This document shows positions 21,349 through 34,100 of a DNA stretch of 64,000 nucleotides, piece by piece; position 1 is the stretch's first letter, and the number at the start of each line of letters is the position of its first letter. A model generated the notes under the pieces. The model ran no database searches and was not told where the DNA came from. It saw nothing but the letters and a program-made list of their open reading frames with translations. The DNA lies in NCBI GenBank assembly GCA_964016885.1, contig OZ024743.1:305288001-305352000 (forward strand), in the 5' to 3' direction. The DNA comes from Eledone cirrhosa (Eukaryota). Position numbers and translations under genes: made by a program.

Positions 21349-23008
21349 CAACAAATTGGATAATAAAAACAAACTAAAATTTATTCAACTTGATATTGCC
21401 AGCTACTATTCCTCCATTTCGCCTTCACTTCTCAATAATGCTCTATCTTTCGCACTTAAATATTCTGACATCACCACAGATGAACTTCACATCATCCTCA
21501 CCGCACGTAAAACCATCCTAGAGTTCAACAACGAATATTGGACCAGAGCGGATACCTCTAACAACTTCGACATCACAATGGGAGCATCCGATTCATCCCA
21601 ATTGACTGATTTAATTGGTATCTTTATTTTGAACTCTTTGAGTCGGAAAATTCCTCAACTTCGCGGTGGAATTTATCGTGACGATGTACTCTTTACTATC
21701 TTAAATTGCAATATAGTTAACCTTAATATTATTAAGAACAATATACGTAATCTCTTTAACCAACATAACCTAAAAATTGAATTTGATAATAGTATCAAAC
21801 TAGCTAATTTCTTGGATGTATCTCTTAATCTTGACACTGGCCTATATTACCCTTACCATAAAAACAATGAGAACCTAAATTATGTTAACTTTAAATCTAA
21901 CCATCCTACCAATATCAAGAATACTATAGTTAGTAATATTGGAAAAAGAATATCTAACATATCTTCTAATAAAAACATCTTTGATGCTAACGCAAATTAC
22001 TATAATAACGCACTTTCTAAAGCCGGCTATCCAGATAAAATCAAATATAGTAAAGAAACAAATTCTAGAAAAACTTACAGTAGAATAATTAATCATGATC
22101 ATTCCAATAATTTTAATAAAAGACCTAGATACAAAAACATAATCTGGTATAATGCTCCTTTCTCCATCTCTATTAATAACAATATTCCTAAATTATTTTT
22201 TAGTGCCTTAAATAAATGCTTCCCTCCCTCACATATCTATAGTAAAATATTTAACAAACACACCATCAAATTTTCTTATTCTACATCCTCCAATATTTCC
22301 AACATCATCTCTAAACACAACAATAAAATACTAAATACTAAATCTCTTCCTTCCAGCATTGAATTTCATAATAACAGTAATAGTACTCCCGATGTCATTG
22401 TAAACCCTAGGCTAACTTCTGTAAACCCAAATACAACGTCAAACACAACTTCGCTAAATGTTCATAATCCAACTCTAAATCAAGAAACTATTATTCCTAT
22501 TATTCCTATCGCAAACAACTTCTCCAATCCAATTCCTTCTATAGATAACACTAGGTCACTCATTAATAATCTCTCTAATTGCAACTGCCGCATTAAAAAT
22601 AAATGTCCTCTCAACAACCATTGTCTTGATAAAAACTTAATTTATGAATGTAAAGTTATAACTAGCACCAATTCCTTCACCTATTTTGACTCCACTTCCA
22701 CCTCTTTTAAAGCTCGTCTCTATAATCACTATTCATCTTTCAAATACAAACTTAAAAGAACCAACACGGCTCTCTCAGAACTCATATGGTCCTTGAAAGA
22801 CAAAAACATTAAATATACCATCTTTTGGAAGAAAGTTTCTTCTGCATCCTCATACTTGAACAGCTCTCTATCTAAAATCTGTAATCTCTGCCTAAATGAA
22901 AAATTTACCATTATCTCTAATCTAGATTCTATAATAAATAGACGTACAGATCTGTTTTCTATCTGCCTGCATAAATTCCATAGGACTTTTCACAAAGTAT
23001 ACAGCTAA
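21314..23008 (+). CDS. Penelope-like retroelement polyprotein (RT + GIY-YIG endonuclease), 5'-truncated, probably Naiad-type
   Basis: RT motifs FIQLDIASYYSSI, FDITMGASDS, GIYRDD, NFLDVSL, SNHP. Endonuclease region CNCR..CPL..C, LIY..TYFDST..FKARLYNH, LSELIW, CNLCLNEK, CLH. The first ~12 codons derive from the inverted repeat, so the start is not native. Confidence 0.93.
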   Translation: MKQLIICAKKEFNKLDNKNKLKFIQLDIASYYSSISPSLLNNALSFALKYSDITTDELHIILTARKTILEFNNEYWTRADTSNNFDITMGASDSSQLTDLIGIFILNSLSRKIPQLRGGIYRDDVLFTILNCNIVNLNIIKNNIRNLFNQHNLKIEFDNSIKLANFLDVSLNLDTGLYYPYHKNNENLNYVNFKSNHPTNIKNTIVSNIGKRISNISSNKNIFDANANYYNNALSKAGYPDKIKYSKETNSRKTYSRIINHDHSNNFNKRPRYKNIIWYNAPFSISINNNIPKLFFSALNKCFPPSHIYSKIFNKHTIKFSYSTSSNISNIISKHNNKILNTKSLPSSIEFHNNSNSTPDVIVNPRLTSVNPNTTSNTTSLNVHNPTLNQETIIPIIPIANNFSNPIPSIDNTRSLINNLSNCNCRIKNKCPLNNHCLDKNLIYECKVITSTNSFTYFDSTSTSFKARLYNHYSSFKYKLKRTNTALSELIWSLKDKNIKYTIFWKKVSSASSYLNSSLSKICNLCLNEKFTIISNLDSIINRRTDLFSICLHKFHRTFHKVYS

Positions 23009-23656
23009 TATTCAATTCTTTATCAATTTAGAATCTTTTCTCAAAGGCACATATACATACACCTCTTTAAAATACACCCATCTTCCTACCTTACTTCAAA
23101 GGGCATTATACACTCTATAATACTTGTTTACTCATTACCCTCATTCTATCTTCACCTTGTAAAATCCTTCATAACATATACATTTGTTTTTTTGACGTTA
23201 GAATATTAATCCGCAATTATTATTATTTTTTCTCTCTATCATAAAACTTTTTAATCTCAATTTCATCCTTAATTTATTATTTTTTCTCCACATCAACGAA
23301 CTCATTCTTAATACATATTAACTCTTTCTTCGCACATATTATCAACTCCTTCAATATAGAAACCTTAACTTCACATTATTTTTCTCAAATCATCTAATAC
23401 ACAAACCTTAATAATTTGTTAATACATATTAACTCTTTCTTCGCACATATTATCAATTCCTTCAATATACAAACTTTAACTTCACATTATTTTTCTCAAA
23501 TCCTTCTACACACAAACCTTAATAATTTTTTCTCTTCGTTAATTTTGAAATTGCCACAATACTTATCAACATACACCTTTTTGATGTTAGAATATTCATC
23601 CGCAATTATTATTTTTTCTCTCTATCTTCATACATAAACTCCCTCTCTTTCCTCGT

Positions 23657-23856
23657 NNNNNNNNNNNNNNNNNNNNNNNNNNNNNNNNNNNNNNNNNNNN
23701 NNNNNNNNNNNNNNNNNNNNNNNNNNNNNNNNNNNNNNNNNNNNNNNNNNNNNNNNNNNNNNNNNNNNNNNNNNNNNNNNNNNNNNNNNNNNNNNNNNNN
23801 NNNNNNNNNNNNNNNNNNNNNNNNNNNNNNNNNNNNNNNNNNNNNNNNNNNNNNNN
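23657..23856. other. Assembly gap (200 N)
   Basis: Exactly 200 N, typical of a fixed-size scaffolding join. Confidence 0.99.
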
Positions 23857-23871
23857 TATATATATATATAT

Positions 23872-23928
<57 letters not shown>

Positions 23929-24023
23929 AATATATATATATATAAATATATATATAGATATATATATATAAATATATATATAAATATATATATATTATAT
24001 ATATATATAAATATAGATATATT

Positions 24024-24062
<39 letters not shown>

Positions 24063-24567
24063 AATATATATATATATAAATATATATATATATAAATATA
24101 TATATAAATATATATATATATATAAATATATATATATAAATATATATATAAATATATATATAAATATATATATATTATATATATATATAAATATAGATAT
24201 ATTATATATATATATAAATATATATATATTATATATATATATAAATATATATGTATATATATATAAATATATATATAAATATATATATAAATATATATAT
24301 ATTATATATATATATAAATATAGATATATTATATATATATATAAATATATATATATTATATATATATATAAATATATATATATTATATATATATATTATA
24401 TAAATATATATAAATTATATATATATATTATATAAATATATATAAATATATATATATATTATATAAATATATATAAATATATATATATTATATATATATA
24501 TTATATAAATATATATAAATATATATATATTATATATATATATTATGTAAATATATATAAATATAAT

Positions 24568-24605
<38 letters not shown>

Positions 24606-24736
24606 TATATAAATATATAAATATATATATATTATATATATATATTATATAAATATATATAAATATATATATATTATATATATATATTATATAAATATAT
24701 ATAAATATATATATATTATATATATATATTATATAA

Positions 24737-24770
<34 letters not shown>

Positions 24771-24857
24771 TATAAATATATATAAATATATATATATATA
24801 TGTTTATATATATATAAATATAATATATATATATGTTTATATATATATAAATATAAT

Positions 24858-24896
<39 letters not shown>

Positions 24897-24952
24897 AATA
24901 TATATATATGTTTATATATATATAAATATGTTTATATATATATAAATATGTT

Positions 24953-24983
<31 letters not shown>

Positions 24984-24985
24984 TT
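23857..24985. repeat. Imperfect (TA)n microsatellite, ~1.1 kb, abutting the right palindrome arm
   Basis: Read directly; further (TA)n tracts lie at 19346..19603 and 19942..20291. Confidence 0.97.
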
Positions 24986-25841
24986 ATGACGGATACATTG
25001 GTTAATAATGGTCCAGAGAATGGTATTACTAAGAGCGAAGTAGAACTATATGTTGGGTGAATCTTTGGGTAGCTAAGGGTATATAATGTAAGGAAGTCAT
25101 GGATAAGGGTGAAATCATTTGACATGAGTTTTCTGTTCGCTGATGTGGTTGGTGTTCAGGTGGACAGGTTTTCCAAGAAACAAGCAAATATTTTCGAATA
25201 TGAGGACAGTATGCAAATATTTCGCTTTTGAAATCCAGTCATTAATTGGAGGCTTTTATGTCTTGAAATATTTATATATTTTCGATAGTTCAAAGTAATC
25301 CTCACCTGAATCTGTTAACATAATCTTTCAGTTTTTAGATGACACTTCAATTTTTCTTATAGTTTCTATTCCAGGATTTCAAGGATTATATATGTTTCAC
25401 TAACGCCGTCGAGATTCTCATAACTGGATGCTTGAAAGATGAAACAAGATAGTAGTAAATCTGTTCCAATGTTTCGCCCATCCAGCATGGTATTTTCTGA
25501 ACATTGCATGATTAAGAGTATCAGAAGACACTTCGGCCTTGCTTATACCGATATATGTATATACTTGTATTTTCTGTTTGTCAGAATAAAGTCCGTTATT
25601 TTATTGTATGAATTTTTACTACAGGATACATCTGGGAGAGGTTATTATTTTGTTGAAAGTCACAAATGAAATCAACCATATAGGAGAGGAAGAGATAAGT
25701 TGTTTGTCCAAGAATATAGAGAGAGGAGAGTGAAGAGTTCATAGTCTTGTCTTAAATCATAACTGAATACGTTCAGTGCTTTGATCAAGGACATAAACAA
25801 GGTAGTTGAGTTTAAATGAATTATAATCATAGCTGAAAGTG

Positions 25842-25912
<71 letters not shown>

Positions 25913-26325
25913 TTGACATTTACTTGCTAAGAATGTAACTTCTAATTTGAATGGAAGTAGATGGGTGATATGTTGGTTTAATGGTAGCACAGTGGTATGG
26001 ATAACCAAAGATGTGGGTTCGACTCCCATGTACGTCAATACTCATCTTTTTCTATTTCTCTGAGGGTTCTAAACCACACTATCAGGCTAAAAAAATGTTT
26101 AGTAAAAAATACGGTGAAAGCTTACATTTCTAATTTCAAAGTCGCTCACTGTTTCAATACATATATATATTGGCTTGTTCTGGCCGTTAATACTTCTTGT
26201 CTCTTTACTTTTGGCTTGTTCTGGCCGTTAATACTTCTTGTCTCTTTACTTTTGGCTTGTTCTGGCCGTTAATACTTCTTGTCCCTTTACTTGTGGCTTG
26301 TTCTGGCCGTTAATACTTCTTGTCT

Positions 26326-26381
26326 CTTTACTTGCTCTGATGAGTCCCTATTAATGGGACGAACACTGTCAGCTAATAAAG
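26326..26381 (+). ncRNA. Degenerate type-I hammerhead motif (mirror of 16459..16514)
   Basis: CTGATGA at 26337, stem II GTCCC/GGGAC, then GAAC-act-GTC; preceded by four ~41-bp tandem units (three in the left arm). Confidence 0.55.
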
Positions 26382-26507
26382 ACTTTTGATGTATTGAAGG
26401 CTTCTTTGTTTATTTTTTATAATTTTTTTAATATATATATATATATATAAGTATGTTTTGAAACAGTGAGTGACTTTGAAATTAGAAATATAAGCTTTCA
26501 CCGTATT

Positions 26508-26718
<211 letters not shown>

Positions 26719-26834
26719 ATGAATGCATTACAATGAATAATAGTATATTTAAGTGTGTGAAGTGGTATATGAAAATTAAAAAGTCAAAATAATATATGAC
26801 AAGATAGTAGTTAATGACCAATATAATTTTGAAA

Positions 26835-26899
26835 TAACGGAAGAAAATGTAACATGCTCTTCAGTATAATGGTAGTATTTCCGCCCAGCAAACCACAGT
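26835..26899 (+). other. Candidate non-coding first exon of the SRCR-MAM gene (mirror ends at 16027 on -); start approximate
   Basis: Consensus donor GTAAGT at 26900 in non-repetitive sequence. An upstream exon is implied because the ATG exon begins right at a pyrimidine-rich AG acceptor. Confidence 0.35.
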
Positions 26900-28069
26900 G
26901 TAAGTACCACAGGTGCAAATGTTCCTTTTTTCCGTTGAGGAGGCCATATACCCTATTATTTAGACTACTTTTCTAAAGTAAAAATGTTATGTTAAGATTA
27001 TAACTTTCTCATACTTTTCAAAATCCTCTCATCGTTTCTAAACTAAAAGTCTAAAGTGTGTCTCGAGCTCGGAGGCTCCTTGAGCTGGCTCTTATCCCAG
27101 TTTCCATAGTATTAAGTGACTGAAAGTTTAAGACTCTCCACTGGACAGGACGCCAGTCGATCGCAGGGTCAAACATCTAGCTATTACTGGTACTCATTTT
27201 CAGCTGAGTATACTGGAGCAGCGTGAATAAAGTAATGTGTTCAAAAACACAACACACAACATAGTCCAGGAATCAAACACACGACATTATCATCGTAAGT
27301 CCAATAAACATACCACTAGGACATGCGAATCCACATTTTAAAACACACGTTCAATTATTTGATAATACTGAGATACAATGGTTTGGTAACAATAACTTAT
27401 TGAAAATAATAAAAGCTTAGATCATATATTAATATTGATCACTGTCTCGTGGTTTTGGTGGATAGCATGGAGAAGACATTGCCTCATAGGATGACAAGGG
27501 AGACACGCAGGAACAGTGACTCCACCTAGTGGTCCCGGGGGGGATATGATGGAGAAGACATTGCCTCGGAGCAAGGCTCGAGAGACACACTAGAACAGCC
27601 ACTCCATCTCGTGGTCCCGGGAGAGAGGATGGGGAAGATATTCCCTCGGAGGATGGCAAAGGAGACACACAGGAACAGCCACTCCACCTCATGGTGCTAG
27701 TGGACAGGATGGAGAGGATATTGCCTCGGAGGAAGGCGAGGGAGACATACTGGAACAGCCATTCCATTTTGCAGGGCTCGCACTTGTGGGTAGCGAACTC
27801 CGCCATGATAAGTTTGGGAGATAAGTCTCGGCATGTTTTGTTCTTATTGTAGAGTTTCAGCTAGATATATACGCATATATGCATATTCATGTCAAGATTC
27901 TTAATATCATCATCATCATCATCACCTTTACGATATAATATAACATACACTAACCACTGCTATATTCAACAGTATTAACACATATACTAACATTCTGAAA
28001 TAGTTGATATATCTATCAACATGACATAAAGGAATATTTAAGACATAAATGAATATTTACTCTTTACAG

Positions 28070-28163
28070 ATGATGAAGTTGAAAATGTATCCATCTCACC
28101 TGAGTTATACTTACCTTATATTAAGTGTATTGGTTGCTCTGACTTTATCTGAAGACGTTACAT
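28070..28163 (+). CDS. Copy R exon 1: start codon and signal peptide
   Basis: [31 protein letters not shown]; tctttacag|ATG ... ACAT|gtaagt. Confidence 0.82.
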
Positions 28164-31100
28164 GTAAGTAGAGAACAATCTATGTTTTCTGTCGGGGAAA
28201 GAAAAGAAAAATATATGTATTTATAGCTATTAAAATAAGGCCTCAAGTCAAGTATTCTATCTCTAGGGAAAAAAAAAAAATTATAATTGCCAAGATATAC
28301 CCACAGCACCAGTATTTTATTAAAAATATAAATGATCTATTTGTGCCACACAATAGATATAACATCCCCTCGGAGGAACAAGTCCAGTAAAGGTTGTTCA
28401 GGTAACACCAGTACTCACCCATACATACCATTCTCCCCTCTCCACACCACAGATTCAGCCCAAGGAAAAGCTGATACAATTTGGTACCATTGACATTGCA
28501 ACTCATTTCTACAACTGAGTGAACTGGAGCAACATAAAGTAAAGTGTTTTGCTCAAGGACACAATGCACCACCTGGTCTGGAATGTGAACTCATAACCTC
28601 ATGATAATTCCAACGTTCTAACCATATATATGAGAGAGAGAGAGAGAGCGAGAGCGAGAGAGAGAGAGAGAGAGAGTGTGTGTGTGAATTTCATATATCT
28701 AATGATATACGGTATGTTTAATAAACAAACATTTGGAAAGACTAGCTATGTATATTGAAAGGCTGACGGCTAGCACTGCCTAGCGGATTCCAGCAGAAGC
28801 AGAGGGGGACAACTGTCAATGTACATTTCAGGTTCTGGCCATCATCAGCACTGTACTTCCCTGTTATCTCCTAGAACATGAAACAGGAGAAAACATATAG
28901 TTTCTTCACCTGTATAGATGGGATGATTAGCCTCATATGCAAATTACACTAATTATCAGTGGCAGGACTTAAGGACTTGGACAGTACTACCATCCGTACT
29001 CATCCTGAGCCCATTTTGGACTACTAGAAAAACCACTTTCAGTGCTTCCTCAACGACCATGTCACCACCCCAGAAATCCTCCTGCAGAACACCACCACCC
29101 CAACTTCCTCTCCAGCATTGGATGTCACTCACCCTAACATTCAAGAATTAAAAAGAAGCATTTTACTCCATGAAACCCAGAAAAGATCCCGAAACCAACA
29201 ATGTGGATTTTTCTCCCATGGTCACCCTGAACTGAAGACCCGGCTAATGCTCCTGACACGGAAAGTCTGGGGAGCTTAAACAGTCCCTGGGAATTTAAAA
29301 AATGCCAACATTGTGACAATTTTCAAGAAAGGAGACTGATGACTCTGTGGAAACTATCGCAGCATCTCCCTCCTAAGCATTGTTGGCAAGATCTTCATGT
29401 GAATCCTCCTGAATCGACCCCCACCCCCATAGCAGAAGAGTGCCTTCCAGAATCTCGATGTGGTTTCTGACATTCAAGAGGTACTGTTGATATGGTTTTC
29501 TGTGCAAGACAGTTCCAGGAGAAGAGCTTTAAACAACAGAAACCACTGATATCCATGTTTTGGGACCTGCAGTCACAAGATCATCAATGAGAGCCATAAT
29601 GTGGGTCACAAGACCATCAATGTGGGCCACTTTGTCTGCCTGGACCACTTTGTGTCTCTGATCCATATGTTCTATGATGGAATGGAAGGTTGAGTGAGCC
29701 ATCACGGTGCCCTCTTGGATCTTTTCCCCATCACTGGTGGCCTCAAGCAGGGGGCGTGTTGACTCCAACTCTCTTCTCCATATACCTTGTTGCCATGATT
29801 AACGAGATTTCCTCTGACAGCACTGGCGTTGACATCTGATATAGACACAGTAGCAAATTCTTCAGCCTCGCCTGACTTTGCTCTAATACAAAGATTACCA
29901 CCACACCGGCATGCGGAAACTTCACTTCGCTGATGACAATGTGACTGTGAACGAGACTATGATCAACAATCAGAGATCAGAAAATATTTACAACGAGGCT
30001 TACAAATGTTTAGGGATGCAGATCAATGTAAACAAATAAAGCCTTTGACCTGCAACGTCAGACGTCAGCATTAACATACACCGACAGCTGGTAGAAATGG
30101 GCAATGCATTTCACTACCCTTGCAGCATCCTCTCGAACAACATCATTTGCGAGAAAGACTTTCCCAACAGGATCAAAACGGCTGATGCTGCATACGGAGA
30201 CTTACACACCAGGTCTTCAGCAATCACAGCCTCACCATAAGAACCAATATCATGGTCTTTCGAGCCATGGTCTTTTCCACCCTTCTGTACACATGTGAGA
30301 TGGGGACCAGGTATTGTAGGATATCAAACATCTAGAGCAGTTCCAGCAAACGAATCTCTGAAGAATCCGCCGCATTAGTTGGGAGAACCACATTACCAAT
30401 AATGAGGTACTCTCTCAGGCGTCTCTCCCCAGCATTGAGGCTACCATCATTCAACATCACCTTCGCTGGGGTCATCAAGTGTCCAGAATCCATTCCACCC
30501 AACACCCTCACGTCATCCTGTTTGGAGAACTTGCCAGCAGGAAAAGGCAACACAGAGGCCCAAAACGATGCTTCATGGATCAGTTAAAGACATCCCTGAC
30601 ACAAGCCAACTTCAAACATGACATATGGGAAACCATTGCTGCGAATGGGCCTTCCTGAGAAAGGACCAAGACATTTGAATACAACATTCAACATAAAGAA
30701 GATCTGCAATGTGTTGTAAAGAAGGCCAGACTTACCCAACCACGTCCACCACCAACATTCCCTGTGACTCCTGCTCATGACTCTTCAGGAATAGACTGGG
30801 CCTCCACAGCCATATTCACCACACAAGGAGAGAGAATGAGGATCCCAGTGTTCGGACATGAGCAGGTGCCAAGGACGAGAGTCTCATGGCTCAACCACCA
30901 GTACAAACAAGAATGATTAGAGACTACTAGTGCTAAAGAGATTCTGTGGGCTCAGTGTCGGAAACACATTCTTTGTTCATATCCACAAAACTACATTGAT
31001 GTCACTGGGCATTAACATCTAAAATGAGATCAGCGTCATCAGAATCAGTACTTGCTGGTAGTCATGTTTGCAATAAAGCGGGGAAAATGTGATCACCACC

Positions 31101-34100
31101 AAACGAGAAAGCTAGAACAAATTTAAGTTCCCAGGCCACTTTAGGCTCCAATATTTTACAGAGAACCTCATGGATGAGGGAACAGTTGTAGAGGATGGAC
31201 GAAAGGTGGGCTGGCAGTGGATGGTTAGATTTTGAGTGAAAGTCATGGCCATTGAACCTCATGAGGAGTTTCACTTGTTTCCAGCCTTTGTCAACAAAAC
31301 TGATATTGCAAGTGAGTTTGGTGTAGTGACAGATAGTAACAGCAAATTTACTAGGTGACATTAATTATCAGGAGAAAGGAAATCCTAATATTCATGCCAA
31401 AAGTATGGCTTTGTGGTTAAGAATCTTACTTCACAACTATGTAGTTCCATGTTCATTTCCATAGCTTGGAATTTTGTACAGGGTTGACTAATGTGGAATT
31501 CGGTTGTTGCAAATTCTGCAGAAGTCAATAAATAACTAATAAAACTTTTGGGTTTCATGTGTCAATACTAAAACATTTTCAATTTCATTTGGGAATGATT
31601 CATAATAATGAACTTCTTGGCAGGAGTTCTGTATGAAAGATATGGTGTATTAATGTTGTTACTACAGATAAAATGGTGAATTAATGTTGATACTACAGAT
31701 AAAATAGTGTATTAATGCTAGTACTACAGATAAAATGGTGTATTAATGTTGATACTACAGATAAAATGTTGAATTAATGTTGGTACTACTGATAAACTGG
31801 TGTATTAATGTTCATACCAAAGATACAATAATGTATTAATGCTAGTACTACAGATAAAATGGTGAATTAATGCTGGTACTACAGATAAAATGGTGTATTA
31901 ATGTTGATACTACAGATAAAATGGTGTATTAAAATTGATACCAAAGATAAAATGGAGTATTGATGCTGGTGCTACAGATAAAATGATATATTAATGCTAG
32001 TACTACATGAACTGGTGAATTAATGTTGATAACAAAGATAAAATGGTGAATTAATATATATATATTAAATATATTAATGCTGGTACTACTGATAAAATGC
32101 TGTATTAATGTTGGTACTACAGATAAAATGTGCCTCCTTAATTTGAAAGGGAAAAATTTCAAAATATTATGTGGAACATTGGTCAATATGGTTACACAAT
32201 TACCCACAAGTATGTGTGCATATATATGGTCTGTATGGAACCATCCAGCCCTTGTTAGCAGAGAAAGCAGGCACTAAAACAATGATAATTTTGATGATAT
32301 ATATATATATATGTGAGTATGTTTATTCTTTTTTAGATAATGGAGATATTGACATAGATGGTAATCTAGTTAAAATCTATTATAATGGAAAATGGGGAAC
32401 CATTTGTTCAGGTTCAACTAATGTGATTAAAGTGGTATGTCGCAGTCTAGGACGCCAGTAAGTACAAGAAATATTTCTTTACAAGTTAAATATTACAATA
32501 GCTATGTGCTAGAAGAACTGTGTTGGTTTATGTCTATTATTTTGTGAAAGATAAGGTCTTGAATTAGATCCCACTGTATGGTAACTTGGACAAGTTTCTT
32601 CTATCATACCTTTGTTTTTACCCAATCTTGTGACTAAATTTGGGTTGGTGAAAACATTTCGGCGACCATAGTCGGGGCTAACATGTAATTCAAATGGTCT
32701 TCTCTTGATGATTATACCTGTACAGTCATCCATGTTTACTATGATATAATGAATAGATATCAGAATAATTATCATGAAAATTATTACAAGAAACCAAAGG
32801 TATAATGATATTGATCTAGTTTGCTTTTTCAATAGAATTTTCTTCATTTCACTTAGTTTAGTTATAAAATATAAATATCACGTCTTTATATATTTTTTTT
32901 TTACTTAGCCTTCCCAAGAATCATGCATATATCATAAATCATTGCTGTGATATCACCCCAAAATGGTCAAGTTTACTAATCAATGTAAAATATGTGTACG
33001 TATTGAACAGCATCTAAGAAAAATAAAAGACACTATTAAAGGGGACAGAAAAGGAAAAAAAAGTTACTTAAAAAGAGAAAAAGAAAAGGAAAAAAGATCA
33101 AGCAATGAAAGAAAGGAAAAGAGGGAGGGACAGAGTTACTGTGGATAATAATCAGAGACACCCATTGCAACAGCCACATCACCTCATGGGGTTCCCTCCT
33201 CATGTTAGCTGCAGCCTTTCTGATTTTTTAGAGGAAATCAGCAGTGCAGGGACTAAGGACACCAGGGGCCTTGATATAGACTGGTGCAAAGAGGGAACAC
33301 TCAGACTGCATTCATCAACAGATGACTATCTTCTCAATTTGTGGAGCTTATGAAAAGTATATATATATGAAGAGTATATATATATAGTTGTTATGATTGT
33401 TGATAAGTAGATATAAATTGTAGTACTGGCTAACACCTGCATCCTTAATTCTATGGCAATTATTTATCAATAAGTGCATTATTTATAAAATAACATACAT
33501 GGATAATTATCATCACATGATAGAGTGCACAGGAGGGGAAAAATCACAGTGCAATATGAAGTTTGTTCAATAAGTAATGAGAACATTTCAGGAGAAACAT
33601 TACTTCTTTTTATAAGCTTACAAAATGTTGTCACATTCAAATTAATGATCTCTCACATCTACACACTTGTGCAGGTGTCTCTCTCACCCCTGTAAGACTT
33701 CTTTACAGACTTTCTTCTGCAGACCTATCAGGAAATTTGCTGATGCCTTTTTCAGCTTCTTTGTTGACTTCAATCTGATTTCCCGAGGGACAGGAAGAAA
33801 TCACAAGATGCCAGGCTGGAACTGTAGAATGGGTGTTGTACCAGTTTTATTCCCCCGTTTGCAATCCAGGTGTTCACCAGCATTGATTGTATCATAGGAA
33901 AATGTCCTGGTGGAACTACTGCTCACCACTGCTTCACTGCTGTGGCCACTTCTAACTCATCTTCTCCTTGAAGCTTTTTAAAACTTCAAGATAATGTTCT
34001 TTATTCGTGATTTTGTCCTCAGAAACCCATTCAGCATGAATCAACCCCTGAGTGTCGAAGAAAGGCATTTTCTTTCCATGGCATTTTCTTTTCACTTGCT

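Noticed and set aside
25963-26040. Possible tRNA gene (mirror 16760..16836)
   Set aside because: A and B boxes are present but acceptor and anticodon stems do not pair convincingly, and a SINE-like tail follows.
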